Source: an uncultured Verrucomicrobiae bacterium (GTDB lineage Bacteria; Verrucomicrobiota; Verrucomicrobiia; Chthoniobacterales; UBA10450). Taken from it: a stretch of 64,000 nt of DNA. Where the stretch lies: positions 640,001 to 704,000 of the forward strand of contig CAWDGJ010000003.1 of the NCBI GenBank assembly GCA_963801815.1. The letters run 5' to 3'. Below, in pieces: positions 1 through 11,000 of this stretch (position 1 is its first letter; each line of letters begins with the position of its first letter). The position numbers and the translations under genes were made by a program. Under the pieces are notes generated by a model, which did no database searches, had not been told where the DNA came from, and saw only the letters and a list, made by a program, of their open reading frames with translations.

Positions 1-706
1 CGCCGAACGCCAGGCAATTCGATAATCGCAACGCGCTGTCGCCGCCCACGGAGTTCAATCCCAGGCGAATGGGCGCGCCGTGCGTCGCGGCTTTCACTGC
101 GTCGCGCAATTTTTCGTCGCCGACCAATACCGCGTCGCCGCCTTCGCGCTGCAGTTCGTCGATCAACTCCGGGCGCCGGACCACATTCACCGTTTTGAAA
201 CCGAGCTCGCGCGCGATTTGAATCACTGCGCGCCCGACCGCCGAATTGGCCGCGTTTTGAATCACCCAATCGCCCCGCCCAAGATCGACATAGTCGTGCA
301 GCAGTCGCCACGCTGTCATCGGATTGATTTTTAACATCGCCGCGGAGACTGGATCGATTTCCGGCGGAACGGCGACTAGATCGTTCGCCTTTACTGCGAC
401 CGCTTCACGCCAGGTTCCGATGTTGTGCGGCAAGATTACCAGCGCGCCTTTTCTGATGGTTGAAACATCCGCACCGGTTTCCACCACGATGCCCGCGCCT
501 TCGAATCCCGGAACCGCGGGCACTTCGCGCCGGGCCGGATATTTTCCCTCGATCGCGTTGATGTCGGCGGGGTTGACCGGCGCGGCGAGCATCTGGACGA
601 CGGCTTCGCCCGCGGCCGGGCTCGGCCACGGCTCGGTCTTAATTTGCAAGACTTCCACCGGATTTCCGTGCGTTTCGTAAACGACGACTTTAATAGTCTT
701 GGTCAT
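1..706 (-). CDS. MDR-family NADPH oxidoreductase, 2-enoyl thioester reductase (MECR/Etr1-like); runs off the window edge
   Basis: Manual translation from ATG at 706: MTKTIKVVVYETHGNPVEVLQI...MLAAPVNPADINAIEGKYP...PGFEGAG, later QNAANSAVG. Absent from the ORF track because its stop lies outside the window. Confidence 0.85.
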   Translation of the reverse strand, partial: MTKTIKVVVYETHGNPVEVLQIKTEPWPSPAAGEAVVQMLAAPVNPADINAIEGKYPARREVPAVPGFEGAGIVVETGADVSTIRKGALVILPHNIGTWREAVAVKANDLVAVPPEIDPVSAAMLKINPMTAWRLLHDYVDLGRGDWVIQNAANSAVGRAVIQIARELGFKTVNVVRRPELIDELQREGGDAVLVGDEKLRDAVKAATHGAPIRLGLNSVGGDSALRLSNCLAFG

Positions 707-739
707 TCGATGAATTCGGCGACGCATCCTCAGCCCGCG

Positions 740-1615
740 ATGGCCAATCTGCAAACCGGCGCGCGAGTCGCGCTTCTCGGTCTCGTCGTTAATATCGTAC
801 TGGCCGCGATCAAAATCGCTGCCGGTCTTTTGGGCAACGCCTACGTCTTGATTGCCGATGGAATTGAGTCCGCGTTGGACGTCGGCGGCTCGGTTATCAT
901 TTGGGGCGCGCTAAAATTCGCAGCCCGCCCGCCGGATGCAACGCATCCTTATGGACATGGAAAGGCGGAGCCGTTTGCGGCGATTGTGGTGTCAGTCGGT
1001 GTGCTGGCGGCCGCGCTCGGTCTTGCTATCTCCAGCGTGCACGAACTTTTTCTTCCACATCACACGCCAGCGCCCTACACGCTGCTCGTTCTGATCGTGG
1101 CCGTCGTTATCAAGGAGATTATGTATCGCTACGTTGTCCGGTTCGGCCGAAACGCGGACAGTACCGCGATTCAAACCGACGCCTGGCATCATCGAACGGA
1201 CGCTATGACGTCGGTCGCCGCCTTCATTGGAATTTCGGTCGCGCTGATCGGCGGCGACGCGTGGCAAAACGCGGATGATTGGGCGGCGCTGTTCGCCTGC
1301 GCGTTGATCGGCGCAAACGGTTATCGGCTGCTTCGTCCCGCGCTCTACGAAATTCTCGACACTGCGCCGCGCGGTGAAATTGTCGATCGCGTCCGCGGTG
1401 CGGCCCGCTCAGTTTCGGGCGTGGTCGAGATTGAAAAACCGATCATTCGCAAAATGGGACTCAGCTTTTATGTCGATCTTCACGTGAAAGTGAACGGTGA
1501 GATTTCGGTGCGCGACGGTCATCACATCGCCCACCAGGTGAAACGCGCGATTCGAGACAGCGATCGGCGCATTGTCGACGTTCTCGTTCACATCGAGCCG
1601 GCGGTGAATCTGTAG
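740..1615 (+). CDS. Cation diffusion facilitator (CDF) family transporter
   Basis: PPDATHPYGHGKAE, DAWHHRTD and C-terminal DVLVHIEP motifs; six hydrophobic segments. Start could be 710. Confidence 0.92.
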   Translation: MANLQTGARVALLGLVVNIVLAAIKIAAGLLGNAYVLIADGIESALDVGGSVIIWGALKFAARPPDATHPYGHGKAEPFAAIVVSVGVLAAALGLAISSVHELFLPHHTPAPYTLLVLIVAVVIKEIMYRYVVRFGRNADSTAIQTDAWHHRTDAMTSVAAFIGISVALIGGDAWQNADDWAALFACALIGANGYRLLRPALYEILDTAPRGEIVDRVRGAARSVSGVVEIEKPIIRKMGLSFYVDLHVKVNGEISVRDGHHIAHQVKRAIRDSDRRIVDVLVHIEPAVNL

Positions 1616-1672
1616 GGGACACTGTTAGCGTCCCGCCTTTCTCTAGGTCGGGAAGCAAACTGCTTCCCCTAC
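1611..1672. repeat. GTAG-type REP doublet between convergent genes
   Basis: GTAG-GGGACactgttagcGTCCC and, on the minus strand, GTAG-GGGAAGCAgttTGCTTCCC, in inverted orientation. Confidence 0.7.
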
Positions 1673-2358
1673 AGTTCTCGAATCAACGCAACGAGCGCAC
1701 CGGTTAAGGCCGCGCGAACCTGGGCGATTCTCTGTCCGAATCGCAAAAGCGGGCCAATCGAGCCGGGATGTCTTAATATATAAGAGAGCAAACGGCTATA
1801 ACGCGTTCGCTGTCTTTCGATATCGAACAAGATGTCGGACGGCGCCGGAAACGGATCGTTGAGTGTGTCGGTTATCGCACGTAACGAAAGTAACGGCATG
1901 CCGTGCGCTTTGCAGATCGCCAGGATCGCGCCGGTTTCCATGTCGACCGCGGCCGCGCCGGACCCACGGGCAATTTCATTTCGCTGGGAGATCGAATCGA
2001 TGATCGATGAAGATGTGAAAAGTTTTATCGGAGTGGCTTTACGATCGCGCAAAATCTCCCTGGCCAACCCGAGCAAACTGGGGTCGGAGAAATTCTCCGC
2101 CAGGATCAAATCACCAATCTGCAACTGCTGGTTGATCGCCCCGGCGAACCCGGAGGCGATCACAAATTGTGGTCGAGCCTTATGCAGAAGAATTTCAAGT
2201 CGCTGATTGCAATTTTCCGAACCGACCCCGGTGTGGACAACGGCGACATCGCGGTCGCCAATCTGTCCGAAAAGCAAACCATCGACCGTCTCGACTTGCC
2301 GTAGTTGCCGGACCAAATCCGAACTCTCTGCCGGCAGCGCAAATGTGATTCCAATCAT
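1669..2358 (-). CDS. Purine/MTA-SAH nucleosidase (PNP/UDP phosphorylase superfamily) protein
   Basis: TGVG, SGFAGA, VDMET and LRAITD motifs. Confidence 0.8.
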   Translation of the reverse strand: MIGITFALPAESSDLVRQLRQVETVDGLLFGQIGDRDVAVVHTGVGSENCNQRLEILLHKARPQFVIASGFAGAINQQLQIGDLILAENFSDPSLLGLAREILRDRKATPIKLFTSSSIIDSISQRNEIARGSGAAAVDMETGAILAICKAHGMPLLSLRAITDTLNDPFPAPSDILFDIERQRTRYSRLLSYILRHPGSIGPLLRFGQRIAQVRAALTGALVALIREL

Positions 2359-3014
2359 TGCCCGGCGGCGATGTGCACCTGGAGAATGGTTTTCTCAGCT
2401 GCGTTTGGCTCGACAGCTAACGCGGGCACGGAGGCGCCGAGTTTCTTGAGCGCATCGCGAAATTCATTCAGTCGCGCGGTTGGGATCTCGGCAAAAATCA
2501 AAATGCCATTCTCGTTGCTTAGGCCTTTGGTCGCCGAACCTCCGGATTGTGTCGCTGCTGCAGTGACCTTGTTAGCCAATTCGTCACGTTCCGTCGCGGG
2601 CGCGTTGAATGTGATTTCCTCGATGCCCAGGGTTGGAGTTGGCAAAGCTGCCGCTGCGGTTTTGGAAAGACTTTGCGTCAGCTCGGTCCGATTTTGTTCC
2701 GTCCGTTCGCGCGCGCCTTGCCTGTTTTTCATGAAGAAGATCGCGTAAATCCCAAACGTGACGTTGGCGGCAACGAGAACGATAAAAATAGTCATAATCC
2801 GTCGGGCCAGCACGGCGCCGCGCTCCGACGATGCTGTCGCATCGCCGAACCCGGCAATCTCGCGTGAATCGCCGCCCATGTTGGCGTGAATCTGGCGCGC
2901 AACCGCCAGCTCGCGGCGCGCTTCTGGATCGGACATAAACCGCTCCTCCAGGTCGGTGCGCTCGTTAGGCGATAATTTGCCTTCGAGGTAATCGAAGAGT
3001 TTGTCCGGATTCAT
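2355..3014 (-). CDS. Anti-sigma-factor-like single-pass membrane protein
   Basis: N-terminal LFDYLEGKLSPNER resembles anti-sigma N-termini; one TM helix; 4-bp overlap with the next gene. Confidence 0.55.
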   Translation of the reverse strand: MNPDKLFDYLEGKLSPNERTDLEERFMSDPEARRELAVARQIHANMGGDSREIAGFGDATASSERGAVLARRIMTIFIVLVAANVTFGIYAIFFMKNRQGARERTEQNRTELTQSLSKTAAAALPTPTLGIEEITFNAPATERDELANKVTAAATQSGGSATKGLSNENGILIFAEIPTARLNEFRDALKKLGASVPALAVEPNAAEKTILQVHIAAGQ

Positions 3015-3110
3015 CGTTAGTTGAAGAAAGCGTGGCGCGACAGGCGGGTTCGCGCAATCGGTAACTCACGCATAAATCGCCAAAACTGGCCTGATTTGCG
3101 CTTTCCCTTC

Positions 3111-6100
3111 GTGCAGTCGAGTAAACCCGTCGTGAGCGAATATGCTCAGGGAAGTATCCATGGTGGGAGTTGGCGTCGTCGCGCGTTAATCGCGCTCGGG
3201 ATTTTCTGCGTCCTGCTGCTGGTTTTTCATCGGCCGCTCTTATTATATATCGGTCGCCAGATCGCCCTTCATTACGCGGCGACGGAGAACCTGAAAATCG
3301 AGTTTCGTCTCGAGGGCAGCGTTTTCACAAACCTCACTGTCCGGAATCTGCACGCCGTTCCGACCGGGCCGAGCGACGTAGAGTCAATTGACGTCGATCT
3401 TGCGCGCGTTGATTACGGGCTGTTTGCCTTACTGCGTCATGGAATCTCCAAGGCACTCCGAGACGTCGAGTTGAAATCCGCGCGGATCGTGTTGAATCCG
3501 GCCAAAGCGCCGTTGCGTCCGCGTCCGCCGAATCCAAAAAACAAAATCGAGCTGCCGGATATTTTTCCGGAACGAATCCACGTCGTCGACGCGACGGTGA
3601 TTGTTCGAAACCGTCCACACGACTTCATCGCCGAACATGCCGATTTGGATCTGGACCCGCGACGCCCCGGCGAGATCAAGGTCGACAAACTGCAGCTCGT
3701 TGGCGGGCAGACCTGGTTGAAAATCGCAGCGAACGCGACCTACGCCAACCGCAGCCTGACTTTGCGTAATCTCGTTCTCGGCGACAACGAGCAGTTTCGC
3801 TCAATTAACTTCGACGCGTCACAAATCGACGCCCGCAAGCTCGGCATTAATTTCGATTACCGGGTCGCAGACGGAAACATTAACGGCGCGGTGATGCTTC
3901 GCGAGTCGCAGGATTCGCTGGAAACCGGCGTTCGCATTCGTTCCGAAAATGTGCCGCTGGCCGCGATCAACAAGTTTGCCGCATTGCCCGAGGACTGGTT
4001 GCGCGGCTCAATCGAGAAGTTCGACGTCGATCTTACCGGCTTGCTCAAATCGCCGGCGACCTGGAACGGAAACCTGACGGCGATCATCAAAGACTTTCGC
4101 CAGGAGCAAACCGCGTTTGATCGCGGTGAGTTTCAGGTTCTCGCGAAGAACGGCGTTGCGACTTTGCAGTCGGCGGAGATCAAACAGGGGAAAAACGACT
4201 TTGATATCAAGGGATCGGCCGAACTGCCGCGCGATATTCGCGATTTTGGCCGGTCGCCGGCAACCCTGGAGCTTGCGGCAACGTTGCCGGATTTGCAGGA
4301 AGTGACGGCTGCGCTGCCGCAGAAGATCAGCGGCTCCGCGCAGCTGAGCGGCAAGATGAACATCCGCAATGCGAAACTCGACGGCGATTTTACGGTGACT
4401 GCGCCGTCGATTGAGTTTCAAAACGGGCACTGTGAAAACGCGACCGCGATGATCAAGGTTGCGAAAAATATTCCCCGCTCGAATTCAGACAAGCCGTGGT
4501 TCAATGACCTGGTCTCGGATGCGACCCTCGCGATCTCAAATGTTCGCATTCGCGATTACGTCGCCGATTCGGTCGAAGCATCGCTTCACGGCCAGAATGA
4601 TCTAATAACGTTTGATCGTTTGGTTATTAAACGAAAGCAAAACGAACTCAATGCCAGCGGCGATTATCGTTTGCCAAAAGAATTGGCGCAGATTCCTGAT
4701 CAACCGGCGAAGATCGAGATCTCAGCGAACATTCCGCAACTGGCTGACTATTGGGTTTCAGATTCGCCGGACAAGATTTCAGGACCTTTGCAGGCCGGTG
4801 GTCAGATCGAATGGAAGGATGGGATCGCGAACGGCCAATTGTCGGTCTTCGGTACCAATCTTCGGATGCGTGATCTCGTCTTCACCCAGATCGACACCCA
4901 GTGCGAGATTTGGAACAGCGTCCTCTACTTGAACGACGTTAGCGCGAAGTTGAACGACCGGGATTTTGTCAGCGGCAACGGAACTGTGGATCTTCGTGGC
5001 CCGCATCATTACAGCGGAATGTGGCGGGCAAACATTTCGGACTTGTCGACGCTGCGTCCGTTGCTGCGTACCTTTGGAAATCAAAACGAAGTGGGCGGCT
5101 CGCTTGTGATGGAGTGGAAGGGAAGCGGCGACGCTGCCGCTTTCAAGAAATCCGGCCAGCTGAAATTTGCACTGGATAACGCCCGCTACGGAAACGCCCG
5201 TTCGTTGCAGGCACACGCGGACGCGACTTACTCGCCCGACGGTCTCGACGTTCCAACGATCTTTTTCCGCAGTGACAAAATGTATTTCCAGGCGATCGCT
5301 CGTGCCCAGGGCGAGACGCTCGAGATCAGCAAGATCGAGCTCGATCAGGACCAGGCGAAGTATGCCGGTGGTTACGCCTCCATCCCGTTCGTTTGGAAAA
5401 ATCTTGGCACTGATTCCACGTTGCTTCCGTCCAACGGAAAAGTGACGGCAACGTTTCAATCTGCGAACCTCGACATCAAAAAACTTTTTCAAGACGTCGG
5501 ACTCACCCCGGCGGCGTCGGGGTCGCTGAACGTCAAATTCGATGCCAATGGGACACTCGCTGATCTGAACGCGCGGCTCGATGTGCAGATGCGTGACCTG
5601 CGGAGTCTAAGGTTGGAGAAGTTTGAACCGGCGTCGGTTGATCTAACCGCGCAAACCAAAGGCAGAGACCTGACGATCACCGGAAAACTGCAGCAGGCGA
5701 AGATTCAGCCGCTGGAACTGATCGCGAACTTTCCATTCGACGTTCCGAAGATCGCGGACCAGAGAAAACTACCGGACGACACTCCGGTGAATGCGAAACT
5801 GCGATTGCCGCGCAGTTCGGTAAACTTCGTACGGCAGTTCATTCCAGGCGTTCAAGAACTCGACGGCGACGCCGCCCTCGACGTGGATGTTCGCGGCACA
5901 ATCGCGAAACCTGTTCTTACCGGCAGCGGCGACATGACGGTTAACGTGGCGCGGATGACGGATCCGACTTTTCCGGCGGTCCAGAATTTCAAGGCGCGCC
6001 TGACCTTTGCCAATGACGCACTCACGATTGACCAATGCCGGGGCGAACTCTCCGGCGGACGTTTTACCGTTAGCGGCGGCGTCAGGTTTCCAACACTGCG

Positions 6101-7010
6101 AAACGCGGACCTGAATTTGCAGTTGAAGGCTGACAGCGCGCTCGTCGCGCGCAACGATACCCTGACTGCGCGTGCGGACGCCGACATCAAAGTTGTCGGA
6201 CCATTCACGAGCGCGAATGTCAGCGGCACGATCGCGATGACCAACAGTCAGTTCCTGAAGAATCTCGACCTCATGCCGATCGGGTTGCCAGGGCGGCCGG
6301 CGCCGCAACCGCCGCAGTCGCGGCCGCAATTTTCGATTCCACAGCCACCGTTTCGTGATTGGAAATTCGACGTAACGATTAAAACGAAGGACCCTTTCCT
6401 GATTCGCGGCAATCTCGCGAATGGCAGAGCGACCGGCGATTTGCATTTGGCCGGCACCGGACTGCAGCCGGGTTTGGAAGGCTACGTGCGACTCGAAAAC
6501 GTGGACGCGACACTCCCATTCAGTCGCCTCGAGATTTCGTCCGGGTTTCTTTATTTCGATCCGTCCGATTCCCTCAATCCGAAGATCGACATGCACGGCA
6601 GATCGGTGATCCGCGATTACACAATCAACGTTTACATTTACGGAACGTCTCTCGCCCCGCAGGCGATTTTCACCAGCGAGCCGCCGCTGCCCCAGGAAGA
6701 AATTATTTCTTTGCTTGCAACCGGTGCGACCCGGGAGGAATTAACCGGCAACAACAACGTGCTCGCAGGACGTGCCGCGATGTTGCTCGTCCAGCAGCTT
6801 TACCGAAAAGTTTTTAAGAAAGGGCAGGGGACACAAAGCAGCTCCGTCTTCGATAGATTAGATTTGGACGTCGGCACGGTCGATCCACGAACCGGTCAGC
6901 AACAGGTGATTGCGCGTTTCAAGGTAAACGACCAGTTTGTCTTGCTCGGCGACGTCGGAGTGGGCGGCGATTACCGCGGCATTGTGAAATATCTGATTCG
7001 GTTCCGGTGA
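3111..7010 (+). CDS. tamB: Translocation/assembly module TamB (AsmA/DUF490-like) protein
   Basis: About 1300 aa, beta-rich, N-terminal anchor, C-terminal FTSEPPLPQEEIISLLATG typical of DUF490; overlaps an Omp85 gene. Start uncertain (ORF opens at 3021). Confidence 0.8.
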   Translation: MQSSKPVVSEYAQGSIHGGSWRRRALIALGIFCVLLLVFHRPLLLYIGRQIALHYAATENLKIEFRLEGSVFTNLTVRNLHAVPTGPSDVESIDVDLARVDYGLFALLRHGISKALRDVELKSARIVLNPAKAPLRPRPPNPKNKIELPDIFPERIHVVDATVIVRNRPHDFIAEHADLDLDPRRPGEIKVDKLQLVGGQTWLKIAANATYANRSLTLRNLVLGDNEQFRSINFDASQIDARKLGINFDYRVADGNINGAVMLRESQDSLETGVRIRSENVPLAAINKFAALPEDWLRGSIEKFDVDLTGLLKSPATWNGNLTAIIKDFRQEQTAFDRGEFQVLAKNGVATLQSAEIKQGKNDFDIKGSAELPRDIRDFGRSPATLELAATLPDLQEVTAALPQKISGSAQLSGKMNIRNAKLDGDFTVTAPSIEFQNGHCENATAMIKVAKNIPRSNSDKPWFNDLVSDATLAISNVRIRDYVADSVEASLHGQNDLITFDRLVIKRKQNELNASGDYRLPKELAQIPDQPAKIEISANIPQLADYWVSDSPDKISGPLQAGGQIEWKDGIANGQLSVFGTNLRMRDLVFTQIDTQCEIWNSVLYLNDVSAKLNDRDFVSGNGTVDLRGPHHYSGMWRANISDLSTLRPLLRTFGNQNEVGGSLVMEWKGSGDAAAFKKSGQLKFALDNARYGNARSLQAHADATYSPDGLDVPTIFFRSDKMYFQAIARAQGETLEISKIELDQDQAKYAGGYASIPFVWKNLGTDSTLLPSNGKVTATFQSANLDIKKLFQDVGLTPAASGSLNVKFDANGTLADLNARLDVQMRDLRSLRLEKFEPASVDLTAQTKGRDLTITGKLQQAKIQPLELIANFPFDVPKIADQRKLPDDTPVNAKLRLPRSSVNFVRQFIPGVQELDGDAALDVDVRGTIAKPVLTGSGDMTVNVARMTDPTFPAVQNFKARLTFANDALTIDQCRGELSGGRFTVSGGVRFPTLRNADLNLQLKADSALVARNDTLTARADADIKVVGPFTSANVSGTIAMTNSQFLKNLDLMPIGLPGRPAPQPPQSRPQFSIPQPPFRDWKFDVTIKTKDPFLIRGNLANGRATGDLHLAGTGLQPGLEGYVRLENVDATLPFSRLEISSGFLYFDPSDSLNPKIDMHGRSVIRDYTINVYIYGTSLAPQAIFTSEPPLPQEEIISLLATGATREELTGNNNVLAGRAAMLLVQQLYRKVFKKGQGTQSSSVFDRLDLDVGTVDPRTGQQQVIARFKVNDQFVLLGDVGVGGDYRGIVKYLIRFR

Positions 7011-9181
7011 TGGGTCGCGCTTGTTTTGCTTTTTTGATTGCGGTTGCTGCTCCGTTGGGAGCGCAAACCGCCGTCGACGTTCCGCGTGCGGAGCAGAAAC
7101 AAGAACAGCAGAACGCGGTCGCCAAGGTGCAGGAAAAACGCGCACAGGCGACCACGAAGGTTGAGTTCACCGGCCAGCAAGCGTTCAAGGAAAAGGATTT
7201 GCGCTCGGCGGTGAAGGAACAACTGACGACGTTTGATCAATTCGGGCTGACTCCCGCGCGGGCGGACGATCTCGCGTTTTTCGTCGAACTTTTCTATCGC
7301 AAGCACGGTTACACAAAAGCGACCGTGCGGTATAAAATCGAAGGCCGGGATCGTCTCCAGCTCGAGATCAACGAGGGCGCGTTGATGGCGCTCGGCACAA
7401 TCACCTTTGAAGGAAACGCCCGCGAGCCGGAAAAGAAATTGTTCGAGTTTGTCGTCGGCCCCACCCGTCAGCGTTATTCGAAATTGCAGCGCACTTTGCC
7501 TTTCGTCGCTTCGGACATTCAGGAAGGCACGGAGTTGGTCCACCGTTTTTATGTCGCGGAAGGCTTTCTCGACGTCGTTGTCGATCAACCGCGTTACACT
7601 TTTCATGACGAAGAGGGCCGCGTCGATGTCACGGTCCCCATTCGCGAAGGCCGCCAGTATTTCTTTGGCGACGTCTCGTTTAGCGGACAGACGATTTACG
7701 GAGCAGACGCGCTCCGCGGACAGCTCGAGGATTTATTGAGACAACCGTACACCGAAGCACGCGTGGCCGATATTCCCCGGCGGCTTCAGGCTTATTTCAA
7801 ATCACGCGGATATTATGAGGTGAAAGTGGAGGCGACACCCGAACCGGACCGCGTGAGCGCGGCGCATATTCCCGTCCAGGTCGTCGTTTCGCCGGGCGCT
7901 CTTTATCATTTTAGTGGCGAAGTTTTTGTAAACGGACTGACGCGTTTGCATCCAAGCTTCGTTCAAAAGCGCTTCACGAAATTAAAAGGCCAGACCTACA
8001 GCCCGGAAGTTCTCGATGAAAGATTTCGCACGTTGATGAAGACCGGCTTGTTTAACGTGCTGAAAATCGAGCCGACGCCGATCGCCGACGAAGATGATCT
8101 CTTGCTGAACATTTCGGCCGAAGAAGCCAAGAGCAAGGAGTTCGGGTTCTCGCTCGGTTACGGTACTTTCGAGGGCGGAATCGTTGGCGCGCAATTTCGC
8201 GAGCGCGACCTGTTTGGTTACGGGCGCCCGATCACGATCTCAGGCGAGGTTTCACAACGCAGCTACAAGGGTGAATTCGTTTACGAAGATCCGTTTCTTT
8301 TCGACACTGAGTTTTTTTTCAGAAACCGGCTGTCCGCCTTCACTTTCGATTACGACGGCTATTCGAAATTTGAGATCGGCGATCGTGTTGAGTTAAGGCG
8401 AAAGATCACAAAACAATATGAAGCCGGTTTGGTCTTCGCTGCCCGCCACGTCGAAATCACCGACGCGTCGATTGCTGACCGGTTCCTTGGCCCCACCACT
8501 TACTGGGCGAACTCGCTCGGCTTCACCCAAACGCTCGATTTGCGCGAAAGTCCGCTCGTTGAACCGCGCGGTTTTGTCTTCAACAATACATTGGATGTCG
8601 CTTCGACCGCGTTTGGGAGTCAGATCCAGCTTATTCGCGGCACCGGTGGTGTTGCTTATTTCCTGCCGTTCGGCCCGAAGTCATTAACCCCGGGCGTTGC
8701 CGAAGACCAAACCGGGCCGCCGTTGCAGCGCTGGTTCCAGCAATCGTCGATCGCGTTCGGCGCGCGGGTTGGCGCGGTTCACTCTCTTAATAATTCCGGC
8801 CCGGATGAAGAGACGACGTTGCCGATCGACGAACGCTTTTTCAACGGCGGCGCGACTACCGTTCGCAGTTTTGGTGAGCGCGACCTCGGTCCGCTCGATC
8901 CGAAAGGAAATCCAATCGGTGGCGAATTTTATACGATTTTCAATGTTGAATACACGTTTCCGATTTACGGCGAGCTCCAGGGCGCAACGTTTTTCGATGC
9001 GGGAAATCTTCTGCCGACGTCCGAACATCCAAGCCTCGATGAAATGCGCTACGCTCTCGGACTCGGTTTGCGTTACAAATTGCCGATCGGCCCAATCAGG
9101 CTCGATTACGGATTTAACCCCGATCCTCAAAAAGACGAGGACTTTGGCGCATTTCATTTAAGTTTCGGCTTCGCCTTCTAG
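7007..9181 (+). CDS. BamA/TamA (Omp85) family outer-membrane protein with POTRA domains
   Basis: ERFFNGGATTVRSF (VRGF-like) motif, GLGLRYKLPIGPIRLDYG, terminal Phe; signal peptide. Confidence 0.9.
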   Translation: MMGRACFAFLIAVAAPLGAQTAVDVPRAEQKQEQQNAVAKVQEKRAQATTKVEFTGQQAFKEKDLRSAVKEQLTTFDQFGLTPARADDLAFFVELFYRKHGYTKATVRYKIEGRDRLQLEINEGALMALGTITFEGNAREPEKKLFEFVVGPTRQRYSKLQRTLPFVASDIQEGTELVHRFYVAEGFLDVVVDQPRYTFHDEEGRVDVTVPIREGRQYFFGDVSFSGQTIYGADALRGQLEDLLRQPYTEARVADIPRRLQAYFKSRGYYEVKVEATPEPDRVSAAHIPVQVVVSPGALYHFSGEVFVNGLTRLHPSFVQKRFTKLKGQTYSPEVLDERFRTLMKTGLFNVLKIEPTPIADEDDLLLNISAEEAKSKEFGFSLGYGTFEGGIVGAQFRERDLFGYGRPITISGEVSQRSYKGEFVYEDPFLFDTEFFFRNRLSAFTFDYDGYSKFEIGDRVELRRKITKQYEAGLVFAARHVEITDASIADRFLGPTTYWANSLGFTQTLDLRESPLVEPRGFVFNNTLDVASTAFGSQIQLIRGTGGVAYFLPFGPKSLTPGVAEDQTGPPLQRWFQQSSIAFGARVGAVHSLNNSGPDEETTLPIDERFFNGGATTVRSFGERDLGPLDPKGNPIGGEFYTIFNVEYTFPIYGELQGATFFDAGNLLPTSEHPSLDEMRYALGLGLRYKLPIGPIRLDYGFNPDPQKDEDFGAFHLSFGFAF

Positions 9182-9209
9182 CGGCAAGGCGAACTGCCGG
9201 CCGAGATTT

Positions 9210-9300
9210 AGGTGGATCGGCCGCTCCGCGGGCGATGTCAAAAAGTTTGCGGCTCCGCCATCTACAACTAGCATCGAGCAAGGGACTGCTCGATCCACCT
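9210..9300. repeat. GTGG-type REP-like inverted doublet
   Basis: AGGTGGATCG...CGAT at 9210 and the inverse ATCGAGCAagggacTGCTCGATCCACCT ending at 9300. Confidence 0.55.
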
Positions 9301-9324
9301 ACAAACGGGCGTTCTCATGTCACC

Positions 9325-10804
9325 ATGCAAGATCGGCCACCACTTGGCGACACGCCGCCGGAGATTTTCCGGCAACAATTGCGCGAGCTCGCAGAGTGGA
9401 TCGCGGATTACCGCGAGAAAATTGGCGAGCGACCGATTTCTCGCCACCTGGAACCTGGAGAAATTGTTTCGCAGTTGGATCGCGATCCACCGGAAACCGG
9501 CACGTCGTTCGACAAAATCTTTGCGGATATCGACCGAGTGATCGTTCCCGGCATCGCCCACTGGGCGCATCCGCAATTCATGAGCTACTTCGGCTGCACC
9601 ACGACGAATCCCGGAATCCTCGCCGAAGCGATCACCGGCGCGCTCAACGTAAACGCAATGACATGGCGAACGGCCCCGGCTGCGACCGAACTCGAAACTT
9701 TGGTCGTCGATTGGCTCCGACAGTGGCTTACTCTGCCTGACAAATTCTCCGGAGTCGTTTACGACACGGCGTCGATGTCAACCATGCACGCGCTCGCCGC
9801 CGCGCGCGAACAAATCGCTCCTGACACCCGAAAACTCGGATTGACCGGCCGCGATCTGCCGCGTTTCCGGATTTATACTTCCGAACAGGCGCATAGCTCG
9901 ATCGAGAAGAGTGCGATTGCATTGGGCCTCGGCGAGGAAAACGTGAGGCGCATTCCGGTCGATGCGGAATTTCGGATGGACGTGGCGGCCTTGCGCACAG
10001 CGATCTCGCAGGACCGGCAGCAACATTTTCGGCCAATGGCGGTGGTCGCAACGGTTGGAACGACGTCGACTGCGAGTATCGATCCCATTCCGCAAATCGC
10101 GAAGATTTGCCGTGACGAAAAGATTTGGCTGCACATCGACGGTGCCTACGGTGCGGGCATCGCGCTCCTGCCCGAATTCAAATCGGTCACGGCGGGATGG
10201 AGCGAAGCCGATTCGATTGTGGTGAATCCGCACAAGATGCTTTTCGTGCCGCTGGATTTCAGCGTGCTTTACATGCGCGACGTCGGGAAATTGCGGCGAC
10301 TGTTCGCACTTGTGCCCGAGGATGTGCATTTGCGCGATCCCGTCGGCGCCGAAATCAATTACATGGATTACGGCGTGCAGCTCGGCCGGCGCTTCCGCGC
10401 ATTGAAAGCGTGGGTTGTCTGGCGCAGCTTTGGGCGCGAAGGAATTGCTCGCGCGAATTCGCGAGCACGTTCGGCTGGCTAGGCTTTTCGCCGACTGGAT
10501 CGAAAAAGATAAACGCTTCGAACTGGCGGCACCGGTCAGCATGGGCGTGGTTTGCTTTCGACTCGTCGCCGCCGACGAGTCATCGCGCCGTAGCGTACCG
10601 CCAGTGCGGCTCGGACCGAAGGCGGACGCTAATGCGAAGATCGTCGACCGAATCAACGCGTCAGGGAGCGCCTACATCACGCAAACGAAACTGCGCGGCC
10701 GCACCGTGATGCGGATCGGCTTGGGAAATGTGCTTACGACTGAGCACCATCTCCGAAACGTCTGGGAAATGATCCAAACAGTCGCAAAGGACGTTTGCGA
10801 CTGA
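9325..10804 (+). CDS. Group II PLP-dependent decarboxylase (aromatic amino-acid/Glu decarboxylase family), frameshift near 10450
   Basis: AHSSIEK, VATVGTTST, WLHIDGAYG, NPHK (PLP lysine), LGRRFRAL; C-terminus VVCFRL continues in the 10415..10804 frame. Confidence 0.88.
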
Positions 10805-10805
10805 G

Positions 10806-10945
10806 GCTCCAAAACCCAAATCCCAGGCTCCAAATCCCAGGCAAAGGTCAAACGATCAAAGGTCGGAAAAACAGCAACGCGGCCTTTGAGAGTTGGAACT
10901 TTAAATTTTCCCTGGAATTTGGGGCTTGGATTTTGGGATTTGGGT
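10806..10945. repeat. Inverted pair of heptamer tracts (CCAAAT-like / ATTTGG-like)
   Basis: ctccaaaacccaaatcccaggctccaaatcccagg ... cctggaatttggggcttggattttgggatttggg. Similar pairs at 12556-12715 and 13057-13200. Confidence 0.75.
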
Positions 10946-11000
10946 CGTGCCAGAAACCACTTGGCTCGCGCCCTCGAATTCGTAAATTGCCCGCCCACCC

